The notes below the pieces were generated by a model that worked only from the letters and a program-made list of their open reading frames with translations, had not been told where the DNA came from and made no database searches. From Daphnia carinata (lineage: Eukaryota), in the NCBI RefSeq assembly GCF_022539665.2, contig NC_081333.1, forward strand, positions 12,462,001-12,526,000: DNA of 64,000 nucleotides. Direction: 5' to 3'. Both the position numbers and the translations under genes were made by a program. Below, piece after piece: positions 33,780 to 46,700 of this stretch. Within the stretch, counting starts at the first letter, position 1, and every line of letters starts with the position of its first letter.

Positions 33780-36041
33780 ATGGCTTGCAAGTACCATTGG
33801 GTAATTATAATTACATTTCACGCTCTCCTCTTTGCTGACCATTGCCACGGTCATCGCATCCTGGCAGTCATGCCGTATGCCTCAACAAGTCACAAGAGCA
33901 CAATCGTTCCTCTGATTTCTGAGCTGGCGGCACGGGGCCACCATGTCACTTACGTGTCTGGAAAGCCAACCGCACAACTGCAGAAGACGAGCAATGTGAG
34001 AGAAATTGTTATCGACATGAAAGTTGAGTTCACTGTCGCTAACAGAGGATCTGGCAAACAGTCCTTTTTTGAAAACATTGTGGATCGACCTTTCAAGACT
34101 AAAATGGCGTTCCTTGAAAAATTCCGCGAAGTACCTGAAAGTACGATCAACAGTACTTTTAAAGATCCCCAAATCAGACGCATGATGGAAAACGAAAAAT
34201 TCGATCTCGTACTTATTTCAGTCATTACCGCTTACGTTGGCTATCCGCTGGCTTGGCATTTCAATTGTCCGTTCATTGTAATGAGCCCCAATGTTGTGCT
34301 GGCCGATATGCCGTTCGTAATGGGAGATTCGGAACACACCGAGTACGTCCCTTTCATCATGTCTGGTTTCACGCATCATATGAGCTTGATGCAGCGCACA
34401 ATCAACACAGCCCTTGTCCATTTGACGACGAAGATTCCGAAATCGTTCAACACGCCCGTCTTCGACAAACTGGTACAACACTTTTACCTGCGTGTCCTCC
34501 TCTGCTGGACATCGAACACAACGTGAGCCTTGTTTTTACAAACACTCACCCGAGTATCTCTTACCCACGAGCAAGTCCACCTAGCCTGATCGAAGTTGGA
34601 GCTATTCATTGCCGACATGCGCAGCCCTTACCAACGGTGAGTCATTTTAGAAATTCCATTTTAATTATGCAATAATTTTGTCGCTTTCAAATTTACTATT
34701 AAGATTTATTTTTATGTTTTATCTACAAGTTAGCGTTTTAATTTTTGGTATGATAAAATATCGTTGGCTTACAATGGTCGAGCAAAGGGCAACTACTAAT
34801 TTTAACCATTGATGGGCTGTGGCGCAATGCAAACGATCTCGTTAGGTCTATCTTGCAGTACTGTTACTATGGTATCTAGATATGATAATTTTAATTGTTT
34901 ATGAGTACAGTTTGCACGTCATCAAAGCCAATCTTTGCTATTGGTTTAATACGTGTTTGTTCACGGCCACTGTTCTGTTTACATAGACTAATCATGTACT
35001 TCTTAGCTGAATTTAAGCTCATGAATAATGCGACAGCCGTATGGTTGTATAATTAAAATATTTATTGTCTTGATTATTACAGCTTCCGAACTTTGTTAAT
35101 AAGCTTTGCCATATCTCAACTTAGATTCGTCTTGTGATATTATCACAGCAAATGTTTATTGTTTTTTTTTTATTTTTCTTAGGATATGGAAGAGTTTATT
35201 GAAGATGGAGGCAATGCTGCTGGGTTTGTAGTCTTCACCGTTGGATCCGTCATTCAGATGGATGAGATGCCCGAAAAAATCCTACAGGTGTTTAAGAATG
35301 TGTTTGCCCGTTTGCCCCAGAAAGTGATCTGGCAGTGGAAAAATCAACCGAGAAATCAGACCATGCCTCCCAATGTAATGCTATCCAGTTGGCTGCCCCA
35401 ACAAGACCTTTTAGGTAAGTCGAAGTGACTGCTTTTTAATTTGTTGGCAATGTTAATCAAGTTCGTTTTCCTTCCCTTTTGTAGGTCATCCAAAGTGCAG
35501 AGGATTCCTTACGCACGGAGGCCTGTTGAGTACTCAGGAGGCTGTGTATCATGGCGTCCCTGTAATTGGAATTCCGTTTGTGACCGACCAAGAAAACAAC
35601 ATGATCAAAGCCGTTATGGATGGTTATGCCATCAAACTCGCCTGGAACGACATAGACGAAGAGAAATTGCATGGCGCCATTCTTGATATCCTTAATGAAG
35701 AAAAGTACGTTGCCTCGCCTTTTGTTTTCCAATTAAAACATTGTTTTAAACGTATCTTAAACTTTAGGTATCGATCCAACGTCAAACGATTACAGTCTTT
35801 GCTCAGAGATCAGCCAGAAACACCACTAGAAAGAGCCGTATTTTGGACCGAATATGTACTGCGTAATAAAGGTGCTCCTGCATTGGAGCTCGGGTCACGA
35901 AACCTGTCTCGTTTCCAACGAAACCTGATCGATGTCTATTGCGTCTTGTTCACAATACTCCTATGTATAACAGCAACAATCATCGGGATCATCAAAACGA
36001 TACGAAGGGCGCAACGGAGCTCCAAACAACACGAAAAGTAA
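33780..36041 (+). CDS. UDP-glucuronosyltransferase (UGT); exon 1 has a 1-bp frameshift in a T run
   Basis: Signal peptide, RILAVMP..SH, and UGT signature [44 protein letters not shown], plus a C-terminal TM helix and basic tail. Exons 33780-34636, 35183-35414, 35485-35704, 35768-36041. The frame switches at TTTT 34482-34485. Confidence 0.92.
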
Positions 36042-36779
36042 AACGGAGTGGAAGCCCCATGCAAGAGAAAAATGATCTCCAGATAAGAAGTTAAATTTTT
36101 GTACATAAGTTGGACGTCAAAAGTAGTTTTCAGAACGCTGAACGAAAAATAAAATAAAATATTCAATAAATTCTCAACGTGTGCAAGACTGTTGTAATTG
36201 AAAGTTTGTAATTTTGCCACAAGAGCCGCAAGTTCTAGACCGTGAAGGAAGTTTTCTCCAGTTACCTATGGTCATACAGGCAACTGCACTTGCTCTGCCC
36301 AAATCCATTTAAAGTCCGAGCAATTTTTGCTCATGGCAATATATTTAGCCCGTTGTCCAGCCCCACGTTACACAATCAAACGTCTTACCGCTAGATGTCT
36401 ACACATTTTAATGGCCACGGCCCCGCCTTGGTCAGCTTCTTGTTGTCATTTATTCCTTGCGTGGTAACGTTAACGGGTGGTCTTTCAGCGCATATTGATG
36501 ATAATAGCGCATGTATATCAAAAGAATCGCGGTGTTCAAAAAGTTTCTTTAACAAAAATTGTGTGCAGTGTCATGAGTGGCGTAACGGTGGGACCACACA
36601 ATAAAACAGCATCGCTTGGCATTCAGTGAAATTACACGCTAATTTCAAGAAAAGTATTCTTTTTCTTCATCAAATGGCCTGTTTTTTAAATAAAAGGATC
36701 AAAATTTCTGCTGGCACGCAAGAAATAATGTAAGTCAAGCCTAAATTTTTATATTTCTATTTTAGCAAAAAAAGCAGCA

Positions 36780-37509
36780 TGCTTGACTTTAAGCCCGACT
36801 TTTTAAGCCCGAGCTTTTAAGCCCGACTTTTTTGTACAAGAAATATATTATTTACAATTCAATAAAACCCAGTCATCTCTGCTCGCCATTAAACGCTGAT
36901 TTCGAGAAAATTATTCGTTTTTTCCTTAAACCAATTCTTTTTGAAATAAACAGAAACAAAGAGGTGCTGGCATGCCATCATTGTTCATCAGTTTCCTGCA
37001 TTTATTTCAAAAACTGTAAACTCGGCGTAAAAACAGGCTTGAGTTTCATGATTGCCGTTTAATTTTGAATCGAAATAATGTATTTCTAACGATATCTAGA
37101 TTTTGGCCAAAAATGAAAAGTGACAAGGCTATAGCCTTCTCACTCTTCCAAAATATTGGCCTTTTTTCTGTTTTACTGCTATCGCCAACTACCGGTCTCG
37201 TTTCTAGTTAATTCTCTACATACACTGACTGAAAAAAATTTTTAAGCCCGTTTAAATAAGCCCGACTAAATAAGTCCGACTTTTCTCGGTCGGGCTTAAA
37301 TTTTTTTTCTGAAAAAACTGACACTCATCGGAATTAGTTGGCTATTACAGGGCATACTCAAAATTGAATGCTGATTCTGAATAAATTTCTATTTTTTTAA
37401 TAAAGTTGATTGTTTTTGAAATACACAGAGTATTTGACGCAATGCTAGCGCGCCAGTACGCTACAGCGCTAGTGCGATGCTTATTTTGTCGGGCTTATTT
37501 TAAAACCTG
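36780..37509. mobile_element. Non-autonomous DNA transposon remnant with TAAGCCCGAC subterminal repeats and a CAGG-type terminus
   Basis: TAAGCCCGA(C) clusters at about 36790-36830 and 37243-37298 in both orientations. Ends GTCGGGCTTATTTTAAAACCTG at 37509. Confidence 0.6.
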
Positions 37510-37524
37510 GCCAAAACAGTATTT

Positions 37525-37538
37525 CCACTAGATGGCGC
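37525..37538. promoter_or_regulatory. CTCF-like motif
   Basis: CCACTAGATGGCGC matches the CTCF core consensus. Weaker versions at 131-142, 5532-5545, 9973-9984 and 41934-41946. Confidence 0.45.
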
Positions 37539-38196
37539 TACAGATTTATCAGCCTCTAGCGTGTGAAATAGAACTATTGTTATTTTTTGTTGTCATGTGA
37601 TTCTCATTGTTTACTTTGTTTTTACGTTGACAACGTGTATTTGACTTTCCCTCGTCTGAACGGTATCGTTATTTCTGTTTGTTTTTTTTGTTTTTACCTC
37701 GACCCCTATTATCGCTGTGCAAATATTGCACTGCTTCATTACCTAAACGAAATGTCAGCCGTTGCACTTGGGCTTAGAATGAGGTAATATAAACATACTT
37801 TTGGAAAACCAGGTCTCATGTTGTATCATTCTGGGTAAAGCCAGTGTTACAAGCAGAACTGTGCATGATATTTGGTGAAAATTGATGGTTTTTGTGTTTA
37901 CAACCAAAAGCCAATTTTCAGGATTATTAAGATGATAATTTACTACTTTTACATTTGCAACATGTTAATGTTATTCTTCTTTATTAGTAAACATATCCAG
38001 TAGTGGAGTTGCAAGTAATAGATGTGTTCTGTTGTGTACTTTGCACATATCATGGTTTGTTGCATGATTTTATTACTTCGTGAATCAATTGTAACTTATT
38101 TATGAGACATTCTTGAAGATGTGCTATTTGCTAATATTCTGCAAGAATAGGATCACCCATTTACTTCTGTCCGGTAATAATCATGTCTGTTCAACT

Positions 38197-38233
38197 ATCC
38201 CCTTAATTTTGATGGCTACAAAATTAAGGGGAT
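38197..38233. repeat. Perfect 15-bp inverted repeat with a 7-nt loop
   Basis: ATCCCCTTAATTTTG atggcta CAAAATTAAGGGGAT. Confidence 0.9.
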
Positions 38234-38405
38234 GGTTTTAAAACATTTGCTTCGATTGTTATGTGTGTGGTAGTGATTTGAAGTGGTATACAGGTCGTAC
38301 CTGAAAACTGAACTTTAAGAACTTTGAAAGGCCATGTTATGTTCATTTACTATAGATTACGTTTGAAACTACGCAGATATTTTGTAACTTGTGAAGGAAA
38401 ACATA

Positions 38406-38801
38406 GTTCATTTTTTAATTTTCGAAATTTTAACTTTCAGGACAACTTCCGGTTTGAAAATGCCTAATAACTCACTATCTGTTGGTCTGAATGAAAAAAG
38501 AACCACATTTTCGTAATCCTCGTGAAATTTGGGGTCGAATCCATGTGTCAGTAGGAAATACCTGAAAATCGTCAAAAATCGCAAATTTCCCTGAACTATA
38601 GTTCAGGAAAAATCGCGATTTTGGCCAAATTGGACTTTTCGCCAAAAACAGGTCAAAATAGGTCAGACACGCCTTAAATTTCACGAGGATCACGAAAATC
38701 ATATTCGTTTTGCTGTGGGCCCAGTATTTCTGGAGATATAGTCTACTTCCGGTCACTTCCGGTAATTTTTTTTTTCAACTTCGAGAAAACTAAAAATGAA
38801 C
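38406..38801. mobile_element. Palindromic (foldback) MITE-like element
   Basis: Nested inverted pairs about one centre: GTTCATTTTT (38406) with AAAAATGAAC (38801); TTTCGTAATCCTCGTGAAATTT (38509) with AAATTTCACGAGGATCACGAAA (about 38676); central CCTGAAC-TATA-GTTCAGG at about 38590-38607. Confidence 0.7.
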
Positions 38802-39058
38802 ATTAATATGCCAAACATTTTAAGCATTTTGATCATATATGAAATGGTGTAGTGGCTTCTTTCGTGCTTTTTTTTTTATTTTACTGTTGGTTGATCGCGC
38901 GAATTGATATACTTATGACACTACATCGTTAACAGAGACTACTAGCATTATGTATCACGCTAATGGGAAGGTATGCCTGATAAATATAGATCATAGCATG
39001 AAGATATACCACATACTATTATTATAACCTTATCATGCACGGCCATCTGATGTATAGT

Positions 39059-39123
39059 CAGGTTTAAAAATAAGCCCTACTTTTTCTTATTTTACGTTTC
39101 GCTGTAGCGTATTCGCACGCTAC
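39059..39123 (+). mobile_element. Terminus of a second element related to 36780-37509
   Basis: CAGGTTTAAAAATAAGCCCTAC..CGCTGTAGCGTA..GC.CGCTA is similar to the reverse complement of 37446-37509. Confidence 0.6.
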
Positions 39124-39136
39124 GGGAAATTACGTA

Positions 39137-39210
39137 ATACTAATAGCTCTGAGGTAGAGCGTCTGACTACGGGAATCGAAAGTTAAGAGTTCGAGTCACG
39201 TCTGGATCCT
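39137..39210 (+). pseudogene. tRNA-Arg(ACG)-like degenerate sequence
   Basis: A-box-like TAGCTCTGAGG, then GCGTCTGACTACGG (as in the tRNA-Arg-ACG anticodon arm), then B-box GAGTTCGAGTC. Stems are broken. Confidence 0.5.
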
Positions 39211-39404
39211 ATGTGCCAGATGATTGAGTTACGGTTCCCACTGTAGACAATATTTCTTTGTATGAAAAATGAATCACTCTATTGTATTTATAGGTGACAT
39301 TCCGAGACGGAAATATTAAATTGCGTTGGGACGCACAACAATATTATTACAAGTGCAAATAGGTTTCCTTCAAAAGACAAGGAAAAATAGTTAACTAAAT
39401 TACA

Positions 39405-39477
39405 AGAATCGTGGCTCAATGGTTGAGCATCGGCGTCGCACGCTAGAAATCAAGGGTTCAATCCCCTAACGATTCTA
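39405..39477 (+). pseudogene. tRNA-like cloverleaf (CGC/Ala-type loop), pseudo-tRNA or tRNA-derived element
   Basis: AGAATCG/CGATTCT acceptor stem, GCTC-AATGGTT-GAGC D-arm, GGCG-TCGCA-CGCT anticodon arm, AGGG-TTCAATC-CCCT T-arm. Some non-canonical positions. Confidence 0.55.
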
Positions 39478-40629
39478 AATGAAATTAAATAAATATATAT
39501 AACTAAAAATGTCAAATTTGATATATAATGCATGTATACTATTCAATATCACTAATGCACATAAAGTTGTAGAATCTCCATGAAGTGAGATTAAAGTGCA
39601 TCATTCCATAAACAATGAAACCGTCTAACGACGAAATATACTCCTATGATTGGGAACAGCAAAAATTGAAAATATAACGTATACGTCCATAAAATGACAT
39701 TCTGACATCAATAAGGAAATGTGCACATTACTGAACAGTGCAGAACAGCACTACAGTGAAAGACAATATCTGTAAATTTTGTTTTAAAGAATTTGTATTG
39801 ATAAAATTCGGCACAATTTAAAGACTTGCAACTTTGAAAGGGCAAAATAGCCGATTTCAAAGTTGCCGTCAACCAAGGTAGGGGGAGACACTACCTCAGT
39901 TGACTCACCGGGGAGATTACCCGGTGCGTGGCTAAGAGAAGCCGGAAGAAGAGCGAAGGTTGCGGACAAGCTTTTACGTGAGCGATTAACTGTTAATTCG
40001 GATTTTTGGGTAGCCCCACAGCCCTCCAATGATATCATCGGACCATGAGGACCCCCACGTCCCCTTTCCAGACAGCGCACTCACAACCGTTACTGCTGAT
40101 CACAGTAGGGGCATGACCCCCTACGGGCTTATTAAAAATCAAAGGGAAACGGGGCCACAGAAAAGAAGGGAGCCCAGATATGCACTTCAATTTATATAAA
40201 TTTTAATACTTTGTTTTCGGGCCGCAGCAACGACTGAAGGTAATGGACAGGAAGCATTTTTCAAAAATTCCTTCGGGCTTCCAACCGTTATCATTATGAA
40301 ATTTGGTTCGACTAGATACCTCTTTTGATTCAGTATGATTCTTAACCTATTTAAAGAAAACGAAACATGAATCAATTTTTAAACGTTTGCCTATCAATAT
40401 ATACCAATTACCTCTTGTTTTGGTGAACTACTGGTATTAACTGTATTCAGCTAATGGTTTGACAGACATAGTGCTTGCTGGGATGGTAAGTTGACGGGCA
40501 GCGAAGGAACTAATCATTAAGCGACTACCTATTTTCTAATACCTATGCAAATAACACAATAAATGGCATTTTAATTAGTTATAATCATGGGTTCCCAGGC
40601 ACAAAAAATGAGACAGACTTATTGGTTGA

Positions 40630-42547
40630 GACGGTTCAAAACATTCCTACTTCTTTCAGGACCCCTGCATCAGAATGACAGACTGAGGATGAGTTCGGAA
40701 GTCGCGAATTGAGATAGCCAATTTCGGTTATATACTTGATCTCTTTCATACTAGGCATGCAATCTAAATTTGCTGTACAATGTACAACAAAAAACAAAGC
40801 AGTAAAATAATTCTGTATAAAAAATTTACAAAATTGCATTTTGTTACACCTATTTGGCTTTGTAAAGTGATACTAACTTACAACATAGTCCTGTGAAGTT
40901 GGTCACCGGGCATGACAAGCAATACATCTTCATTATAAACTGAAGCAGTCTGATTCAAGAATGCATAGGTTGTCCAAACACACTGCATAGTGACTGATGG
41001 AACAGCAGAAAATCAGGCTGTAGATTAACTGATTTTCCAGAAATAAGTACTTTTGACGTTTGAAATTCTGACCAACTGTTTTTGCTGTTCACATTTTTCA
41101 AAACGTTGAGCACGTACTTAAGGCCACCATAGCACAGAATTTTTTCCAGTTTTGCAAACATACCATCACAGCATCTATGAGGAACAGGAGAGGTTAAAAG
41201 TTTTCTTTCTTTAAAAATCTATTTATTTCATAACATACCATGATAAGCTCTACTTTTGTAATGGGCAGCCCTCTCTAAGTACTTGCATAAGTAATGCTTC
41301 AATACTTGGAACAGCTGAAACAAGTGGTTGTGATAAAAAAAGTATCACCACCACTGGCAAGAATGTAAACATGGAGACTTGTTACGGACAATATCTAGAA
41401 TTGGTACAAATGACGGATGGGGTGAAACTACAATATGATGAACTAAACTGAACCTTCCTCACTGATGTGTCAATCTATAAAAGGATTTAAATCTTTATTA
41501 ATGAGACAGGCAGGATACTGTATAAAATTATAGTAAAGATGGTACTAAATGCTGAGTTATTAGAAATTTTGCCCGGGAAATCTCCAACTGACATGTGAAA
41601 CATAAGTCAGCTGTTCTGCATTTGCAAATCCAGTGTTCAAGTAACCATATTATCCAATCCATGTTTAAAAAAAGAGTATATTTTTTTCGATAGTGAGTTT
41701 TATTAATATCTACATAACGAAAGTCATATGAATACTCACAGATCTATCCTTTTTCAATCCAAAGAAGTCTTATTTTTTTCTTAAGCCAAACTTTTTTGTG
41801 AAGAAATGAAGAGTTTCTACTGGCATTACTCATTTTCACTGAAGGAAATCCTTGCAAACACACCATATTCGGAGCAACACGACGCAGCAGAAACATTAGG
41901 TCAATGTATGTAGAGAATTAACTAGAAATCTGACCGTTAGATGGCGATAGCAGTAAAACAGAAAGGATTATATTTTTTTTTTTGTGTAAAACGGATTGCC
42001 ATATATGTACATCTGTTGGACATATATATTTAAAACTACGATTGGAAAGTTATCTCAGCTATCATTTGCTTACATTGCCAATCACACCTTCGTCACACTA
42101 GCACAAGAAATGGCACACAATGCGTAACAATCTGGCATGGGAGCAGTTTGGATGGTATATACTGACATCTGCATGCTAAAAAGTTCATGATTGTGCCAAC
42201 AGATCAGCTCTGGGCCAGCGTAACAAGATGGCCGCCATTCCTCCACAGAGATGAAGAGCTTCATTCTTTGACTTGTACTAACAATCAAGTATAATTGGTT
42301 TAAAATAAAAGACTGAATTTCTGTTTCCGGTTTAAGTTCTAATTCATGTACCAGTTGAAACAGCTATAAAATGTAGTAACGATAGAAAATAACAGAACAA
42401 CTGACATAGCAGAACTATGCATGATTCTGGTATCTGCGCGTGCGAGATATCGTCCAATACCTGTCTTTCTTGTAATATGTCAGAAAAAAACAAAAGCAAA
42501 TTTTAAGAGGAAAACTTTTCTTTTCTTACCCAGTAGTCAAATCCATG
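40630..42547 (-). pseudogene. Unidentified decayed intron-containing gene
   Basis: ATG GAT TTG ACT ACT G/GTAAG at about 42547, then protein-like fragments (ERQVLDDISHAQIPESCIVLLCQLF; ILASGGDTFLSQPLVSAVPSIEALLMQVL; FAKLEKILCYGGLKYVLNVL) broken by stops. Confidence 0.3.
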
Positions 42548-43796
42548 AATGCTACTTTAACTAGGAATTTTATTGGGGCGAAAAGAAAAACAAACTGCAA
42601 AGAATTTAAGGGGAACCATATTGAATGGAACAGTGTGTATTACAGCAATATAGAGGTTACATGCTGTTGGTAAATCAAAAACTTCCGGCAGGGATAGAAG
42701 ATAAAGTGGTAGTATTACGAAGCGGAGCGGGCAGTCGGTGGATATGAGAGAGGTCAACGCTACACTAAAAAAATAGAGGGACGAAAAAACGCGCGAGTAT
42801 ACGAACGTCCAGAAAACACGAAACGAGAATTGAATGGACGAAAGCGGTTCCGAAAGATTGTTTCTGTTATCTGAAGAGCAGCTGCGACTCCCAAAGAATA
42901 TTATTATTTATACATTTAGCTACCATCCACAGCGTCGTCAACCGAAATAAAATCATGGCTTTAATTTTTTTTTGTTTTTTTTTTTCTTCTTTTTTACGTT
43001 AAATGTTGTGTAAAGACATCGGCGAAATCATAACTGTTCTTTTCTCATGCTTTCTTTTTAAAAATGAGATTTGATATTTTAAGGTTTTGGAGGGAATGGG
43101 CCTCAGTAATCGTTTCCGAAGATGAAACGACGAGAGGCGAAACGTCGACCTACGCCAAATGAAAGAAAACGAGGATAAATGAAAAAAAAGATGAACGCGT
43201 GTGAACAAGGGGGAATAAAAGCGCACGCGTGCTGCGTTACATCAGGGTGGATTAAAGTTTTTTTTTTTTTTAGTTGCCCAGTAATAAAAAAATATCGCGG
43301 AAAAAAGTCTTTAAGTTGACCAAAATAAAATGAAAATCTTAACCCCGAAAAAATGCGATGGTTGCCGTTTGGTGTACAAAGAATTGGGTGGGAAAGGGGG
43401 TCATGACGCCTAGACGAGAAGCACGATATACAGAAACGAAGAAGGCAAAAGGACAAGGAGGATTAGGAGGCAGAGGAAATGGTGAAGGAAGAAGAGACGA
43501 AGAAAACGCACGACATAAAAAGTACTACTTAAATGTTAAAACAGTGACAATCTCGATCGTAAGTTGGGTAAGTAGACATATTTAGTGTTATTATGTAGAA
43601 GCCCCGCAAGAGGATTGTTAAGAAAATAATATTAATCAAAAGAAGATGAAAAGAATAAAAAAGAAGAATGAACTATCCGGACAAGACTTGCGAGAGATGA
43701 TAAGCGGATTTCTTTTTTTTTTTTTTTTTGGACGTGGAATTGCTATGAATTTCTTTTTTTTTTTTAAGACAAAAAAAAATCCTGTCTATTATTGTC

Positions 43797-46700
43797 TCAT
43801 TCCTTGGCTTCAAAATATTTGTAGGTTGGATTCTCGTATCCATTGATCTGCATGTTGGCCACATGTCTCTCCTCTGGCGTCACAGTCTGATCCACCTCAA
43901 TGAAACCCTAAAAATACAAAAACAAATCAAATAAAACTCGCCTTTAAAAAACATGTTTAACTACGAACCTGCTGGTGGGGGGAACGAGCATGTCGTCTCT
44001 TCAGTAAAACAAGGCCGACAACCATAGCAGCCAAGAGAGCTACTCCGGCGAAAGCCAGGGTAAAGTAAACGGAACGGTTCTCGCGATGTCCAGATTCATG
44101 GCGAACAGAGAATCCCTACGACAAGACACGGAACAAAATAAAAAGAGATGAATAAGACATGGAGCTACGAGCTTTTTTTGCGGCTTGTATTACCGCTTCG
44201 TTATGGGCAATCTGGTGGTTTTGTGCGTGCGCCACCTTGGGTCGCTCCTGCATATGTTGCACAGCCTGGGCATCGACGTAAGGAGGCAGATCTTCCTTGG
44301 CCTTCTTCTCCTTCATCTTGTCCTTCTTGACAATCTCTTCCTTGATGATTTTAGGCTTGATCTTGTCACCCATTGGCTGGCGTTGCTTGGGAGTGGCAGT
44401 GGATGTCGTCGCTTCTTGTTTGACCATCGAATCGTCCTTGGCCGTCTCCTCAGCGCTAGAGTCCAGTTGGTTGAGCTTCTTGTTCTTGGATTCCATCTTC
44501 CTGCGTTCATCGCGACGGCGTTCGTCTTCCTTGCGAGCCTTATCGGCTTGGCGCTGGCGTTCCTTTTCTAGAAAAAAGAATGAATAAGTAAATACCAACA
44601 GAATCAGGTACATCCAATTTCAAATCAATCCACTTTACCTGCTTGTTTGGCTGCGATTTCAGCCTTGAAGCTATCGAGAACATCTTCCTCCGAAGTACGG
44701 GAGGTCATCAGGAGCGGAGACGGGGTATCGTCTTTCGACCGCAGGGCCAGCAAATAATCCTTCATCAGCGGCACCACCTTGGCTTGAATGTCGGGGAACC
44801 TGAGATCAATAGACAACATGATTGTAATGAATACCCTATTGATCAAACGCCCAAACTAGCCGAGGGAAGGAAATAAAAATAGGGAAATTGGGTAGGCGTG
44901 TCGTCAGGGAAACTCTCGATAAAAAAAAAAATTGGAAGCCTCCATTTATCAAACAACAAAGAAATTAACTCTACCACGACACGGAAGAAAGAAAAAAATA
45001 ACCCCACCCAACGTACGAGAAAAAGATGGCGACAATAATGATGGGTGTTGCATTAATAAGTGACAAAGTGGCAACCGCTGGGGTTTCTAACTAAGAATAA
45101 TGACGTCAATATACAAGTTAACACGCGACATGTTGTTGATCCCGACGACAATGCCCCGAGAAAGTACACAGCTGACGGGAAAATCGATCAATACTTTCTC
45201 CTCGGGCCACAACAAGAAATTCCCGAACTTTGCTCTCAACGTAAGCATGCCAGCGATAGCGGGCTGGCCTCAGTCGATATTGCTAAATCATTCCGCTAAC
45301 TGATGGTCGTGTGAAAGAAAGCATGTCTTTTTCATTTAAAAGGAATGAAAATGTGTTTTACCTATCGAGCATCTGGAGACTTTGATTGGTGAGTCTCTCG
45401 ATGTCATTCAGATGTTGGATGGTGGCATCCTTTTCACGCTGCGCTTGGCTGGGGTTGATGTTAAGCAAATGACGGAAATGGCTGATGCTATGGTGGCGGT
45501 CTTTGTGTAGAGCACGGAGCAACTTCTCCAGGCACTTCTGGATTCGGTGGGTGTTGGGCGAGTTCTCGTTCAAAGCATCCGTGTAGCAGGTCATGGCATC
45601 GCGTTTCTTCTCATTGATGGCGGCAAGGACGCGCTGTTGGTGAACGGCAGACAACTGGCGTTTCTCCATAACATCTTCATCTTCCATCGATTTCACCAAT
45701 TTCTGGAATCTGTGTGGGGATGAAAACAGATTGAGAACTCGGTATGAAACAAAAAAAAAAATTAAATTCCCGTACCGGTTCGTCATCTTGTGTTTGAATT
45801 CTTCGGCGCCCTTGGCATCAGTGGAATGTAAGTCTTGGTAACGGTCCTCCAACTCGGACCAATCCTTCATGATCTGGTGTGACACAACAATTCGTTATAC
45901 ATCAGTCGATCAGTACAATTTTAAATCACTATTTTGACCTTGGTGACACGTTCTCTGTGCCTTTCTTCGAGACGCTGTTCGGCATCGAGGAAGTCGTCGC
46001 GCTCCTTCTTGGGGTTGTAATGAGTCAAATAAGGGTCAGGAGTAGGAGATGGCTTGGGTTTGGGAGTTGTAGTTGTGGTAGTTGTCGTGGTAGTGGTCGA
46101 CGTTGTGGTAGAGGTCAAATCATCGTCTTCGGCACTATCGACGTCGTTTTCATCATCCTCGTCGTAGTCATCATCATCATCATTGACGTCAATAGTCTTG
46201 CTCTTTTTATCGTCCAATTTATCTTCAACGGGAGTTGCGGCCACATCATCGTCATCGTCGACATCATCATCGTCATCGTCGTCATCTTCATCTTCATCAT
46301 CGTCGTCGTCGTCGTCTTTGTCGTCTTTGGACGATTCGGTTTTCAATGATTTGGCAACGGGAGAGACATCGTCCAAGGTGGCCGCTCTCGGGCAGCAAAC
46401 AAATTCGACACCGGAGAAGAGGTCGACTCCGCAGGGGAGCAGGATGGCGAAGGATCGGAGTTTGAGATCGCGAGTCGAACAGGCATTGGCGGCAGTGGCG
46501 TTCCATTCATCGTACGACCAGCAACGGCTAGCGTTGTGGACATGGTCAAAGACGCACTGTTCGGGCACGAGCAGGGCCTCGCTCTGGAATGCTCCTTCTA
46601 TATAAACAACAGATATGTATTAGAAGAAAAATCCAATCACGCTCGTACAATGTCCTCTATTTCTCTCGAGAATAGGCAGCGCTCAGCTTGCACATAGCAA

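Noticed and set aside
34814..34830. GGGCTGTGGCGCAATG resembling a tRNA 5' end in the UGT intron
   Set aside because: No B box or cloverleaf follows.
36790..36830. Short regularly spaced repeats as a CRISPR-like array
   Set aside because: These are tandem units of about 15 bp with no unique spacers and no cas genes, in a eukaryotic context; they fit transposon subterminal repeats.
45879..46605. Long plus-strand ORFs (poly-Ser, poly-Ile/Val, poly-His/Arg)
   Set aside because: They are antisense shadows of the APP acidic and Thr-rich exon.
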